Virus genome (UHGV): UHGV-1519562
Source: a virus
Direction: 5' to 3' (one strand)
Length of the DNA stretch: 64,000 nt
Shown: positions 19,220 to 27,578 of the stretch, piece after piece
Layout: every line of letters starts with the position of its first letter
Numbering within the stretch: the first letter of the stretch is position 1
The notes under the pieces: model-generated
The model's database searches: none
Seen by the model: the letters and a program-made list of their open reading frames with translations, nothing else
What the model was told of the DNA's origin: nothing
Made by a program: the position numbers and the translations under genes

Positions 19220-19278
19220 TAATTGAATAAAGAGGGGCATTAAGCCCCTCTTTATTTTCTCAAAAAGGATGGTGTTTA

Positions 19279-19641
19279 ATGATAGATGAAGCTAGGGTTA
19301 AACATCTTCAAAAGGTGTTAGACCTTGATAGAAAACAAGCTTTAGCGGTTATTGCCGATGATGAAGCAATAGATAAAGGTGCAGACCTTTTCCCACTTAC
19401 TGATGAACAAAAGAAAGTAGAAAAGAAAATGCGGTTATCCGGCAAAGAGAAAGGCAAGTACACTATGAATGCTCCCCGACAGCGCAAGGTTGACAATGAC
19501 AAACATCGCTTGATTGAGATTATTGCGGAATCTCTTGAACAGCTTGAAATTGAAACTACCATCAATAACCCAGAGCGAGAAATTGAGATAGTTTTTAATG
19601 AAAGACGTTTCAAAATTACATTAAGCGCTCCTAGAAAATAA
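19279..19641 (+). CDS. hypothetical protein, paralog of 22647-23030
   Basis: 120 aa; similar to the second gene of the 22.2-23.0 kb cassette (LTDEQKKV..K.. ; NPER.I...). Confidence 0.55.
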   Translation: MIDEARVKHLQKVLDLDRKQALAVIADDEAIDKGADLFPLTDEQKKVEKKMRLSGKEKGKYTMNAPRQRKVDNDKHRLIEIIAESLEQLEIETTINNPEREIEIVFNERRFKITLSAPRK

Positions 19642-19644
19642 TAA

Positions 19645-19684
19645 CAAAACCGGCTTATTTTTTATAAGCCGGTTTTGTTTTTTG
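19645..19684 (+). terminator. intrinsic terminator
   Basis: AAAACCGGCTTAT...ATAAGCCGGTTTT hairpin followed by a T-run. Confidence 0.7.
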
Positions 19685-19705
19685 TCTAATACTTCTTAAT
19701 GACAA

Positions 19706-19800
19706 ATGTTTGGCGGCCCGCGCATGGTCAAGCGCTGCCGCATTTCAATTATACCAGGTAATCCGACTTTTGTCAATGGGCAAACCGCACAATTATTTAA
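19706..19800 (+). other. GC-rich conserved element (family copy 2)
   Basis: TTTGGCGGCCCGCG...GCGCTGCCGCATTTCAATTATACC...TTTTGTCAAT...CCGCACAA; near-paralog of 21781-21880. Confidence 0.5.
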
Positions 19801-19894
19801 CCTTTTGTTTTCCCAAAATTGGTGATTCTACCTATTGATTTTTTTATTAAAATTTTATATAATATAATTGTTCCAAGGGAAAGGAGAAACAAAA

Positions 19895-20089
19895 ATGAAG
19901 ATTAATTACAAATCTTTCAGCGTGGAAGTTTTTGGTGAGAACATTTGGGGCCAAACCTATCTGAACAGAGTGGGCTTTGATTCTGAGGAAGAAGCCGATA
20001 AGTTTATTGAGTCTCTGGAAGAGGAAGAAGGAGTTTATTCGGCAATTAAAATTGTAAATACAAGTTATAATTTCAGAAAAAACCCTTGA
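19895..20089 (+). CDS. hypothetical protein
   Basis: ATG 19895 after AAAGGAG. Confidence 0.5.
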   Translation: MKINYKSFSVEVFGENIWGQTYLNRVGFDSEEEADKFIESLEEEEGVYSAIKIVNTSYNFRKNP

Positions 20090-20146
20090 CAAACAAACCA
20101 AGACGTGTTATAATAAATACAGAAATTAAGAAAGAGGTTGACAATT

Positions 20147-20257
20147 ATGAATGAAAATAAGACTACTCCTTGGTATATCTATCAGCCGGGCAAATGGAGC
20201 TACTTCTTATTTCTAGTTCCCTTGATTCTTCTCATTCTTATCTTTATAAGTACCTAA
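20147..20257 (+). CDS. small membrane peptide (36 aa)
   Basis: promoter TTGACA...TATAAT at 20086-20114, AAGAAAGAGG RBS, hydrophobic C-terminal half; below the ORF-track size cutoff. Confidence 0.4.
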   Translation: MNENKTTPWYIYQPGKWSYFLFLVPLILLILIFIST

Positions 20258-20348
20258 AAGATACTTATAAAAATCTGGATTGTCTTCAAAAAGGCTTGAC
20301 AAACGTCAAGCCGAGTGGTATAATAATAACAGAAAGAGGTTGATATAA

Positions 20349-20492
20349 ATGATTTCTACTATTGCTCTGGCTTCCCTGGCTGCCATTATGATGGTGAAGG
20401 TGTTCGTTGCGGTTGAGCGTGAGGATTACCGCAAAATGTTTGTCAGCGGATTTGAGTTTGCTCTTCTGCTTCTGACTTTAGCTAATATTTAA
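20349..20492 (+). CDS. small membrane protein (47 aa)
   Basis: promoter at 20293-20321, AGAAAGAGG RBS, two hydrophobic segments. Confidence 0.4.
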   Translation: MISTIALASLAAIMMVKVFVAVEREDYRKMFVSGFEFALLLLTLANI

Positions 20493-20505
20493 GGAGGTAA
20501 ATATA

Positions 20506-20754
20506 ATGAGAATTTATTCCATTAAACATCTGTTCGACAAAGAAGTTGCTGGTTTTTATCGAGAAATGAAAGAAAGCGTTGAAACAAAAGAAGAAGTAGA
20601 AAATGCTGTTTATCTGGTAACGGGTATGCAGGTTATGGCAAGTATTATTGCCGAAGGAAGTGATGAAGAGGTTCTTGCCATTGAACATGAAACTTGGGAT
20701 TATTGGGTTCCAAAGTTTAAGAAACTTCTGGAAAATCTTCCTGAAAAGGCTTGA
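20506..20754 (+). CDS. hypothetical protein
   Basis: 82-aa ORF, AAGGAGG RBS. Confidence 0.55.
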   Translation: MRIYSIKHLFDKEVAGFYREMKESVETKEEVENAVYLVTGMQVMASIIAEGSDEEVLAIEHETWDYWVPKFKKLLENLPEKA

Positions 20755-20810
20755 CATACGTCAAGTTCTATGATATAATAAAGCCATAATAAAGAAAGGA
20801 AGTCGATACT

Positions 20811-21011
20811 ATGACTAAAGAGGAATTCTTAGACACTTTGCAGGAGGTCGGCTATGAATGGAGCAGAACGCTCAATGAGCACAAGTATGACTACTCGGAT
20901 TTCGAGTGGAAGATGCTTGGTTGGTTAGCTGGTGAATTGATTGACCATTTCGACCAAGCAATTGATTCAATTCGTGATGAACTTCAGGAGGAGGAGGAAG
21001 AGGAAGAATGA
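20811..21011 (+). CDS. small acidic protein
   Basis: 66 aa, poly-Glu C-terminus, own promoter at 20749-20777. Confidence 0.5.
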   Translation: MTKEEFLDTLQEVGYEWSRTLNEHKYDYSDFEWKMLGWLAGELIDHFDQAIDSIRDELQEEEEEEE

Positions 21012-21256
21012 GAATGATAGAAAAGATTGAGAGATTCTTTCTTCTTGATGAAGAAGAAAGAACAATTCTCAAGAAAGCTGGAAGCATTTTGTATGACATG
21101 GGAGAAGCTATTGATAGCTCTGGAAGAGTTTCCTTATTCTATGCAAAATTTACTGAGCCGATTGAAAAAATCCGAAACTACGATGAAGGAAACTTTTATG
21201 ACCTTTCAGATTTATTGACTGTTCTTTCTAAAAAAGAAAGAATTGATATTGAATAA
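21008..21256 (+). CDS. hypothetical protein
   Basis: 82-aa ORF overlapping previous stop. Confidence 0.5.
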   Translation: MRMIEKIERFFLLDEEERTILKKAGSILYDMGEAIDSSGRVSLFYAKFTEPIEKIRNYDEGNFYDLSDLLTVLSKKERIDIE

Positions 21257-21271
21257 AGAAAGGATAGATAC

Positions 21272-21430
21272 ATGGAAAAGTATTGTTTTGTAGTTATGAC
21301 TACTGACGAAGGTATTGATGCTCCAGAGATGGTTTATCTTAATAAAGAAGCGGCTATAAAAGCGGCTGAGGCTCTTCAAAACGAAAGAGAAGAAGATTGT
21401 TGGGTAGAAAAAGTACAGTTTATTAAATGA
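21272..21430 (+). CDS. small hypothetical protein (52 aa)
   Basis: ATG 21272 after AAAGGA; ends just before the terminator at 21438. Confidence 0.4.
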   Translation: MEKYCFVVMTTDEGIDAPEMVYLNKEAAIKAAEALQNEREEDCWVEKVQFIK

Positions 21431-21437
21431 TATTAAA

Positions 21438-21466
21438 AATAAGGGCCTTTGGCCCTTATTTTTTAC
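21438..21466 (+). terminator. intrinsic terminator
   Basis: AATAAGGGCC TTT GGCCCTTATT hairpin followed by a T-run. Confidence 0.7.
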
Positions 21467-21520
21467 TTGACAGATTTTTCTTTCTATGTTATAATAACAA
21501 TAGAAAAGGAGTGAAGCAAA

Positions 21521-21724
21521 ATGACAGATTTTGCAAGAGCTGAAATTCTTCTTAAAGCTTTACAGGAAGCAGGAAGATATATGCGGAAATATTTACCCGC
21601 AGAAATGCCTCTGGGTGAAGATGCCGATATTACAAGATACTGTTTGATAAATGGTAATCAAGACCCAGAAGGCTCTAAGTTTGTAGAATACTTCATTCTT
21701 AAAGCATTTGACAGTTACAAGTAA
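21521..21724 (+). CDS. hypothetical protein
   Basis: 67-aa ORF with AAAAGGAG RBS, followed by terminator hairpin GGGCTAAAAGCCC. Confidence 0.55.
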   Translation: MTDFARAEILLKALQEAGRYMRKYLPAEMPLGEDADITRYCLINGNQDPEGSKFVEYFILKAFDSYK

Positions 21725-21780
21725 GGGCTAAAAGCCCTTACTTTTTTATTTTTATATTTGTTATAAACAAAAGTCAAGTG

Positions 21781-21880
21781 ATAGCAAAGTTTGGCGGCGC
21801 GTTGATGGCTGACATGCGCCGCAATTTAATTATACCCCAAGCCACGCCTTTTGTCAAGAGTTAAACTGCACAAAATCTAT
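21781..21880 (+). other. GC-rich conserved element (family copy 3)
   Basis: TTTGGCGGCGCG...GCGCCGCAATTTAATTATACC...TTTTGTCAAG...CTGCACAA; preceded by conserved TTGTTATAAACAAAAGT block shared with copy 4. Confidence 0.5.
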
Positions 21881-22199
21881 TTGAGGAAAATCCCGCTTTT
21901 TGTATAATTTGCCTATTGCAATTTGGGTGAAATCTGATATAATAAATAATGTCAGGAGGGAGTAGCCCAAGAAATCCTAGGGCGGCCGACCTGTGAGAAA
22001 GTATAGGAAGTAAACGAAATACATCAAGTGGTAAGTCTTATATCATGTGGTAATTGTTATTGCCCAACATGCTCTGGAAGCCGTAAATCTTGTGAAAAGT
22101 TTGCGAAACCTCTTGACAAACCCCAAGAAACGTGCTATAATAAGCATGTAATCAAGAGAAGGACAAACTCTTAAAAACCAGAAAGCGAGATAGGTGTTT

Positions 22200-22616
22200 A
22201 TGGAAAATACTAACAAGAGAATTACTAAGCGTGAGCGTTTCCAGTCTCTGATTGAGCTGGTGGAACTGTGCGAAGGCCGTGAAGACGAAGGCTTTGACTT
22301 TGAGGGTCTGACCGATTTCCTCTCCAACGAGATTCGCCTGCTGGAAGCTAAGAAGGGTTCCAATTCCCGCAAGCAGACTGTTCGCCAGACTGAGAATGAG
22401 CATTTTAAGGCTCTGATTGCTGAGCAGTTGACCGAAGAGGGCATGACCATTGCAATGCTCCGCAAGGCCATTCCTGAACTGGAAGATTTAACTCCCCAGC
22501 GTATTGCCCCTATGTGCAAGGCTCTTGTTTCTGAGGGCATTGCTTACAAGGATACCCACAAAGGTATTGCCCACTTTTACAAGGCGCAGGCCGTGGTAGA
22601 AGAGGAAGAGGGCTAA
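22200..22616 (+). CDS. hypothetical protein, paralog of 18863-19219
   Basis: ATG 22200; shared motifs with 18863 ORF; GC-richer codon usage. Confidence 0.6.
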   Translation: MENTNKRITKRERFQSLIELVELCEGREDEGFDFEGLTDFLSNEIRLLEAKKGSNSRKQTVRQTENEHFKALIAEQLTEEGMTIAMLRKAIPELEDLTPQRIAPMCKALVSEGIAYKDTHKGIAHFYKAQAVVEEEEG

Positions 22617-22646
22617 GGCCCTCTTCCCTAGAGGGGAGGTATATTT

Positions 22647-23030
22647 TTGGACAAAGCAAAAGAAGCAATCGCAAGAATCCAAGCCGGCATCAAGTGCAGT
22701 TATGAAAAAGCAGTAGAAATCTATAAGGCAGATTGCGAGGTTGATAAAGGCATCCCGCACGAATGGGATTTGACCGAGGAACAGCAAAAGGTAGCAAAGA
22801 AATACACCATTACCGGACAACACACCAAAAAGCATGACCGCAAGACCCCTATTAAAAGAGAAAGGAAGGAAAACCCCACTAAGGCAAATTTGATTGCGGA
22901 ACTTGCAGGTTTTCTTGAATCTTTGGGGATTTGTGACGTAAAAATTGCAAATCCTGAGCGACAGATTGCTTTTTCTGTTGATAATAACGCCTTTGAGCTG
23001 ACTTTAGTTCAGAAAAGGGCCAAAAAGTAA
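22647..23030 (+). CDS. hypothetical protein, paralog of 19279-19641
   Basis: TTG start after GAGGGGAGG; shared LTEEQQKV..K.. and NPER.I motifs. Confidence 0.5.
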   Translation: MDKAKEAIARIQAGIKCSYEKAVEIYKADCEVDKGIPHEWDLTEEQQKVAKKYTITGQHTKKHDRKTPIKRERKENPTKANLIAELAGFLESLGICDVKIANPERQIAFSVDNNAFELTLVQKRAKK

Positions 23031-23087
23031 AGTTTTTAGCCCTTTTCACTTAAAAAAGAGCTAATTTTGACGAAAAAGGTGATGTAA

Positions 23088-23432
23088 ATGCAACAAAAGA
23101 AAGAGTATTTGTATGTAGGCCACTATTTTGATATAGAGGGTAACTACATTCTTAAAATAGGTACTACTAATGATTTAGCCAGGAGACAGCAAGAGCATAC
23201 CAGAAATTATAAGCATTCACCTAAGTTTACTATGCCGAAATCCGCAAAGTTTGTCTATGATTGGTATCTGCCTTTGTCTAAATATTCGACTTTGCGGTAT
23301 GAGGATAAGAATCGTGCGGCATGGCAGGAATCTTCTATCGGTGAATTTGTCCGCAATGACAGATTTTGCTGTAAGCAAAAGCCCAAGAAAGTAAAGGTTA
23401 CTATCCGCAAAACCTATGAGATCGAGCTATAA
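23088..23432 (+). CDS. GIY-YIG-like (T5orf172-type) domain protein
   Basis: LYVGHY...(11 aa)...ILKIGTTNDLARRQQEH resembles the GIY-YIG/T5orf172 signature. Confidence 0.55.
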   Translation: MQQKKEYLYVGHYFDIEGNYILKIGTTNDLARRQQEHTRNYKHSPKFTMPKSAKFVYDWYLPLSKYSTLRYEDKNRAAWQESSIGEFVRNDRFCCKQKPKKVKVTIRKTYEIEL

Positions 23433-23445
23433 GGAGGAAGAGAAC

Positions 23446-23667
23446 ATGATTGTTATTAAAAAGCAATGCGAGGTTCGCTTATCCCAAGAAGAAATTGATC
23501 GTCTTGAGCAAGCCTCTGACATTCTTAATCAAATTTGGGAGGTGATGTCTGCTAGTAGTTATATTGGCAAATACGAAACCATTGATACCGCAAAAGTGGG
23601 AGAAGCATCAGATATTTTGCAAAACTTAGCAGAGATCGGCGAAAATATCGTAATTGAAGATGCTTGA
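23446..23667 (+). CDS. hypothetical protein
   Basis: ATG 23446 after AAGGAGG. Confidence 0.5.
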   Translation: MIVIKKQCEVRLSQEEIDRLEQASDILNQIWEVMSASSYIGKYETIDTAKVGEASDILQNLAEIGENIVIEDA

Positions 23668-23740
23668 TTATTAAAGGATAGTGGTTATTAACCACTATCC
23701 TTTTTTATCCCTATACTTGTTATAAGCAAAAGTAAAGTAA

Positions 23741-23815
23741 TAACAAAACTCGGCGGGCCGCGCTTGGTGGATGCGGCCCGAATTCGCGTCAATATACATT
23801 TTCCACAATTTTTCT
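23741..23815 (+). other. GC-rich conserved element (family copy 4)
   Basis: CGGCGGGCCGCG...GCGGCCCGAATTCGCGTCAAT...CCACAATTT after a terminator hairpin; shares upstream block with copy 3. Confidence 0.5.
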
Positions 23816-23987
23816 GCTTTTGATTTGTACAATTTTACTTATTGACATTTTCCCAAAATTATGTTATTATATAATCACAAAAGGAAAGGAGATTTAAAAA
23901 TTTCAAAAAAAAAATAAAAAAAGGTCTTGACAAACCAGGGCAAAGATGCTATAATGAATACAGAAATTAAGGAAAGAGGTTGATAGT

Positions 23988-24263
23988 ATGAATGAACGCA
24001 GAGACTTCATCGCAAAGAACTGGGGTGAGGATGTTCTTGAAGCTATTGATAGCTGTGAGCCGTTAAACATTACCTTTGGTCAGTTTTTGGACAAGTGCGT
24101 TGCTTGCGGTGGCAACTGGGACGGTATGCTTCTAACTGGCCTGAAGAAGTTGCGGCCTGAGATTTGGGAAGCCATTCCCCAAAATATGGGTCTTTATGCT
24201 TGGCAGTGCATCTGCAACACTTTAATTCTTGCTGGTGTAGTTATGGAAGAAGAAGAGGGCTAA
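23988..24263 (+). CDS. hypothetical protein
   Basis: 91-aa ORF, promoter 23925-23955, AAAGAGG RBS. Confidence 0.55.
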   Translation: MNERRDFIAKNWGEDVLEAIDSCEPLNITFGQFLDKCVACGGNWDGMLLTGLKKLRPEIWEAIPQNMGLYAWQCICNTLILAGVVMEEEEG

Positions 24264-24296
24264 AAAGCCCTCTTCCATAGAGAAAGGAAGGTAGAA

Positions 24297-24578
24297 ATGG
24301 AAATTAGAAAACCTACGAACTGGTTGAATGCTAAAGGGATGCTTGACAAAACACTACAAGCAAGATCTACAGTAATCACTGAAGCCCTTGGGCGAATTAT
24401 GTTTAATCTTCTAAATGCCGCGGAAGAAGGAAAATTTGCTACTACTATTAATCTTCGAGAAGATACAAAAATTATTACTCAAATACTTGAGGAAGCAGGC
24501 TATAAGGTTCAATTTCTTAAACCAAATGGTGAATACTCACAATATATTGTTTGCTGGGAAAAGGAGGATGAAGAATAA
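24297..24578 (+). CDS. hypothetical protein
   Basis: 93-aa ORF with AAAGGAAGG RBS. Confidence 0.55.
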   Translation: MEIRKPTNWLNAKGMLDKTLQARSTVITEALGRIMFNLLNAAEEGKFATTINLREDTKIITQILEEAGYKVQFLKPNGEYSQYIVCWEKEDEE

Positions 24579-24772
24579 TGATGAAAATCAAAATTGTTGA
24601 CCGCTATAATGGCGATTTCGCGAAGTTTGATTCTTTGCAGAAAGCCTATGACTACTTCATGGACTATGACAAAGAATGTGAGGGAGATTGGTGGCCATTG
24701 ATTACTATTGATGGAGCTTGGGTTCCTCTGGAAGAGTTCTTTGTGATGTGTAAAGAAAGGGGGTGTAAGTAA
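24578..24772 (+). CDS. hypothetical protein (truncated paralog follows at 24781-24885)
   Basis: 64 aa; next small ORF starts with the same MMKIKI... N-terminus. Confidence 0.5.
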   Translation: MMKIKIVDRYNGDFAKFDSLQKAYDYFMDYDKECEGDWWPLITIDGAWVPLEEFFVMCKERGCK

Positions 24773-24963
24773 TGATGAAAATCAAAATTACTGAACTGTA
24801 CAAAGATGATGTGGCGGAATTTAAGTTTCCGCCAGAAGCATGGGCTTATTTTTGCTATCGGGAAAAGGAATCTAAAGGAAAATGATTCCCATTGATATTC
24901 ATCAATAGAAAGATGATATCACCTGAAACGTTGCATAAAATGTGTAGAAAGGTGGGTATTTAA

Positions 24964-25431
24964 TTGTCTTTGCTCTTGTTATTCATTGGTCTTTCTATTG
25001 CCAATGTGGTTTTTTCGACAATCAAAAGCATTGTAACTATTAACGGCACACCATTTTCCGCAAGCATGATTTCTGCTCTGTACTATGGTTATTATAACAT
25101 AGTTCTTATTTACACAGTGGCGGATTTCCCTTTGTGGCAGAAGGTATTAGTTACCTTTGGCTGTAATCTGGTTGGCGTGTATGCGGTTAAGTGGGCGGAA
25201 GCAAAAGGAAGAAAAGAAAAGTTGTGGCGAATTGAGGTTACTGTCCCCGGTGAATTTACAAAACAACTTCACGAAAGACTAAACCCAATTCCGCACAACT
25301 ATATTGAAAATGTAGGTAAATATTCAATTTTTAATATTTACTGTGGTACACAAATGGAGAGTAGTCAAGTCAAGAAAATTTTGGTGGATTACAATGCCAA
25401 ATACTTTGTGACAGAAACTAAAGAACTCTGA
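24964..25431 (+). CDS. membrane protein (hypothetical)
   Basis: TTG start 10 nt after AGGTGG; two or three N-terminal hydrophobic helices. Confidence 0.5.
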   Translation: MSLLLLFIGLSIANVVFSTIKSIVTINGTPFSASMISALYYGYYNIVLIYTVADFPLWQKVLVTFGCNLVGVYAVKWAEAKGRKEKLWRIEVTVPGEFTKQLHERLNPIPHNYIENVGKYSIFNIYCGTQMESSQVKKILVDYNAKYFVTETKEL

Positions 25432-25714
25432 GAATACTCAGAGTTCTTTTTTGTTTTTTCTAAAAAATTATGTTATAATATATATAGAAATTAAGGAAAG
25501 GAGCTTTTCTAATGACCTGTGAATTATTAAAGGCACTTGCGGTGATTATTGAATACTGTTTAAAGCAGGATAATTACAAAGTTTGTGTTATGCGTGATTT
25601 CTGTTCTAAGATGCCTTGTGAGTGGTAAATTACTTTAAAGATTTTAGAGATAGAAAGGCCCATTTTAGGGTCGAAATTTCGCACGTCTAGGTCATCAAAA
25701 AAAAATATCTGGAT

Positions 25715-25915
25715 ATGTTGAAAACTGAATTTGCCAGAAAGCTGGACTCGACTGGTCGATTAGTTATTCCTTCTAAGCTAAGAGATTATCTAGGAATGGA
25801 AACCGGCCAGTTGTTTACTTTTTATGTTCAAAAAGAAGAAAATGGAGATGTGTATTTGTGTGTGAAGTGTCCTAGTAATAAAATAAAATTTACTTTTGGT
25901 GAAAATGCCGATTGA
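25715..25915 (+). CDS. AbrB/MazE/SpoVT-family DNA-binding protein (putative regulator)
   Basis: RKLDSTGRLVIPSKLRDYLGMETGQ matches the swapped-hairpin AbrB-N signature. Confidence 0.6.
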   Translation: MLKTEFARKLDSTGRLVIPSKLRDYLGMETGQLFTFYVQKEENGDVYLCVKCPSNKIKFTFGENAD

Positions 25916-25960
25916 CATAAGGCTGGTTTTATGGTATACTATATATAAGGAGTGGCGGGC

Positions 25961-26090
25961 TGTGGACAGTGGTCACAGCCCGAAATCCCCTTTCCACTAG
26001 CATATGGCGATTTTTCTAGACTTCTAGCGACCCTTCATATGGCCGGGGTTTTTCCCGAAAGTGGCTCACCCGCTCGGAAAAAATTTTTTT
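25961..26090 (+). ncRNA. candidate small structured RNA (GC-rich element family, long copy)
   Basis: starts right after promoter TTGACA(25904)...TATACT; GGGCTGTGG...CACAGCCCGAAAT stem, CTTCTAGCGA motif shared with other copies, ends in an A/T run; no convincing ORF. Confidence 0.4.
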
Positions 26091-26149
26091 TAATTTGTCA
26101 AGTCAAAGTCCGCATTTGACTTTTTAAAAATTTAAGGCATAAAAAAAAA

Positions 26150-26200
26150 TCAACTTGACTTTTCAAAAAACAAAAGAAAAAAATAAAAGTCAAGTTGATT
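26150..26200. promoter_or_regulatory. operator-like perfect inverted repeat (15-bp arms, TTGACT/AGTCAA half-sites)
   Basis: ATCAACTTGACTTTT ... AAAAGTCAAGTTGAT; further AGTCAAAG/TTTGACT repeats just upstream. Confidence 0.5.
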
Positions 26201-26293
26201 AATAATTAAAATTATTATATAATATTTATATAAACAAAAGGAAAAAGAAAAGAGAAGCACATATGCCCGCTCGGCTTGTTGAAAGTGGGAGTG

Positions 26294-26926
26294 TTATTTA
26301 CACTTCCATTTTTTAACTAAAACCGGTATATCATTATACTTTTCTTTAAATCTATTCATTGCGTTCTTGTAGAACTGCAGTTCGGTAGAGATATCTTCTC
26401 CTTGCGCTTGGCGGTAAAAAGCATTGGCTGCTTCTTCTTCACCAATCTTCTCTTCAGAGAGAATTGCGCGCCACTCAGTAACGATTGCTTCATCCATAAC
26501 CTCATAGGTTGAGTAAAAACACCAATACTGATTTCCATCGCTAATGCCAAATTTATTAAATGGCTCTTTGATGTATCTTTCAGTTACAGCTTTATAGGAT
26601 GTATGATTATATTTTTCATAACCAAAATCCGCAATAGCATCTCTAGCGATTTTACTCTTACTATTAGGTTTAAATTCAGTACCTAAAGCGGCAACAGTGA
26701 ATTTTTCGTAATCTTTTTTCTTTTGTTTAGTTTGGGCAGTTCTTAAAGAAGGGATTATATCGGGCATTTCACCTTTAATTTCATAAGTATATCTGCCTGT
26801 ACTGGACTTAGTTTCAGTTATATCCATATATTCTTGAAGATGAAGCATTAATTCATCATGTTTGTTAGCCCAAACATTATGTGAGATAGAATATCTTTTA
26901 TTAAGTTCTTTTCTAGTAATTATCAT
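26294..26926 (-). CDS. hypothetical protein on opposite strand (candidate regulator at a divergent control region)
   Basis: 210-aa ORF with AAGGAG RBS (complement of 26933-26938); only minus-strand gene inside the 10.7-63.9 kb plus-strand block. Confidence 0.6.
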   Translation of the reverse strand: MIITRKELNKRYSISHNVWANKHDELMLHLQEYMDITETKSSTGRYTYEIKGEMPDIIPSLRTAQTKQKKKDYEKFTVAALGTEFKPNSKSKIARDAIADFGYEKYNHTSYKAVTERYIKEPFNKFGISDGNQYWCFYSTYEVMDEAIVTEWRAILSEEKIGEEEAANAFYRQAQGEDISTELQFYKNAMNRFKEKYNDIPVLVKKWKCK

Positions 26927-27026
26927 TTTTGTTAAATCTCCTTAAATAAAATTTATAGAATTTTCATTCTACTACTAATATATAAATTTTAAATAAGAAA
27001 GATTTAACAGAAATGATCTAAAAAAA

Positions 27027-27094
27027 TTGATCTACTTTTTGTGTATGTGGTTATATATATTGGTATACACAAAAAATAGATCAAAAATCTTGTA
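27027..27094. promoter_or_regulatory. large palindrome (20-bp arms, 1 mismatch) in divergent intergenic region
   Basis: TTGATCTACTTTTTGTGTAT ... ATACACAAAAAATAGATCAA separated by 28 nt. Confidence 0.5.
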
Positions 27095-27337
27095 CTCATT
27101 GATGAACAGTACATTAAAACTGAACTAAAATTAGCTTCATTTTTATCCTACCACTTACACAAAAATGAAGCTAATTTTTTTTAAATACTTGTCTACCAAA
27201 ATTTACTCTAGTATATATACACAGTAAATTTTCGTAGATAACTTTGCCTTCTCAGATAATAAGTACACAATATTTAATTAAAAAAATGAATTTCTATTAT
27301 TTATTTCACTTCACTACTCTACTTATAATAACGTAAA

Positions 27338-27405
27338 TAAGTCATCCTTTGGATGACTTATTTACTAAGGAATAATAAATCGACCTTTGGTCGATTTATT
27401 ATTCC
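27338..27405. promoter_or_regulatory. two consecutive perfect 12-bp hairpins (insulator/terminator-like)
   Basis: AATAAGTCATCC TTT GGATGACTTATT and AATAAATCGACC TTT GGTCGATTTATT. Confidence 0.5.
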
Positions 27406-27514
27406 ATTAACTTTTCTCTCTCACTTTCAATTTTCCCTTCAGAAATTGTGAGTTCCATTCCCCAATTTTTTCCAAATGAAAATTCAAAATAACCACTCCC
27501 CTATATCCGCAATT

Positions 27515-27552
27515 GAAAATATTAAAAAATTATTATATAATATATATAGAAA
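27515..27552 (+). promoter_or_regulatory. AT-rich conserved promoter/leader (second promoter class)
   Basis: TATTATATAATATATATAGAAAAACAAAAGGAAAGG; TATAAT at 27536-27541; same block recurs about 20 times between 25.4 and 63.6 kb. Confidence 0.55.
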
Positions 27553-27578
27553 AACAAAAGGAAAGGAATTAAAAATTT

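Noticed and set aside
22590-24270. Shared C-terminal EEEEG motif in two unrelated proteins (22200-22616 and 23988-24263) as a functional tail
   Set aside because: The motif is encoded by the GAAGAGGGC stem of the terminator hairpin that overlaps each stop codon, so it is more likely a by-product of terminator sequence than a selected peptide signal.
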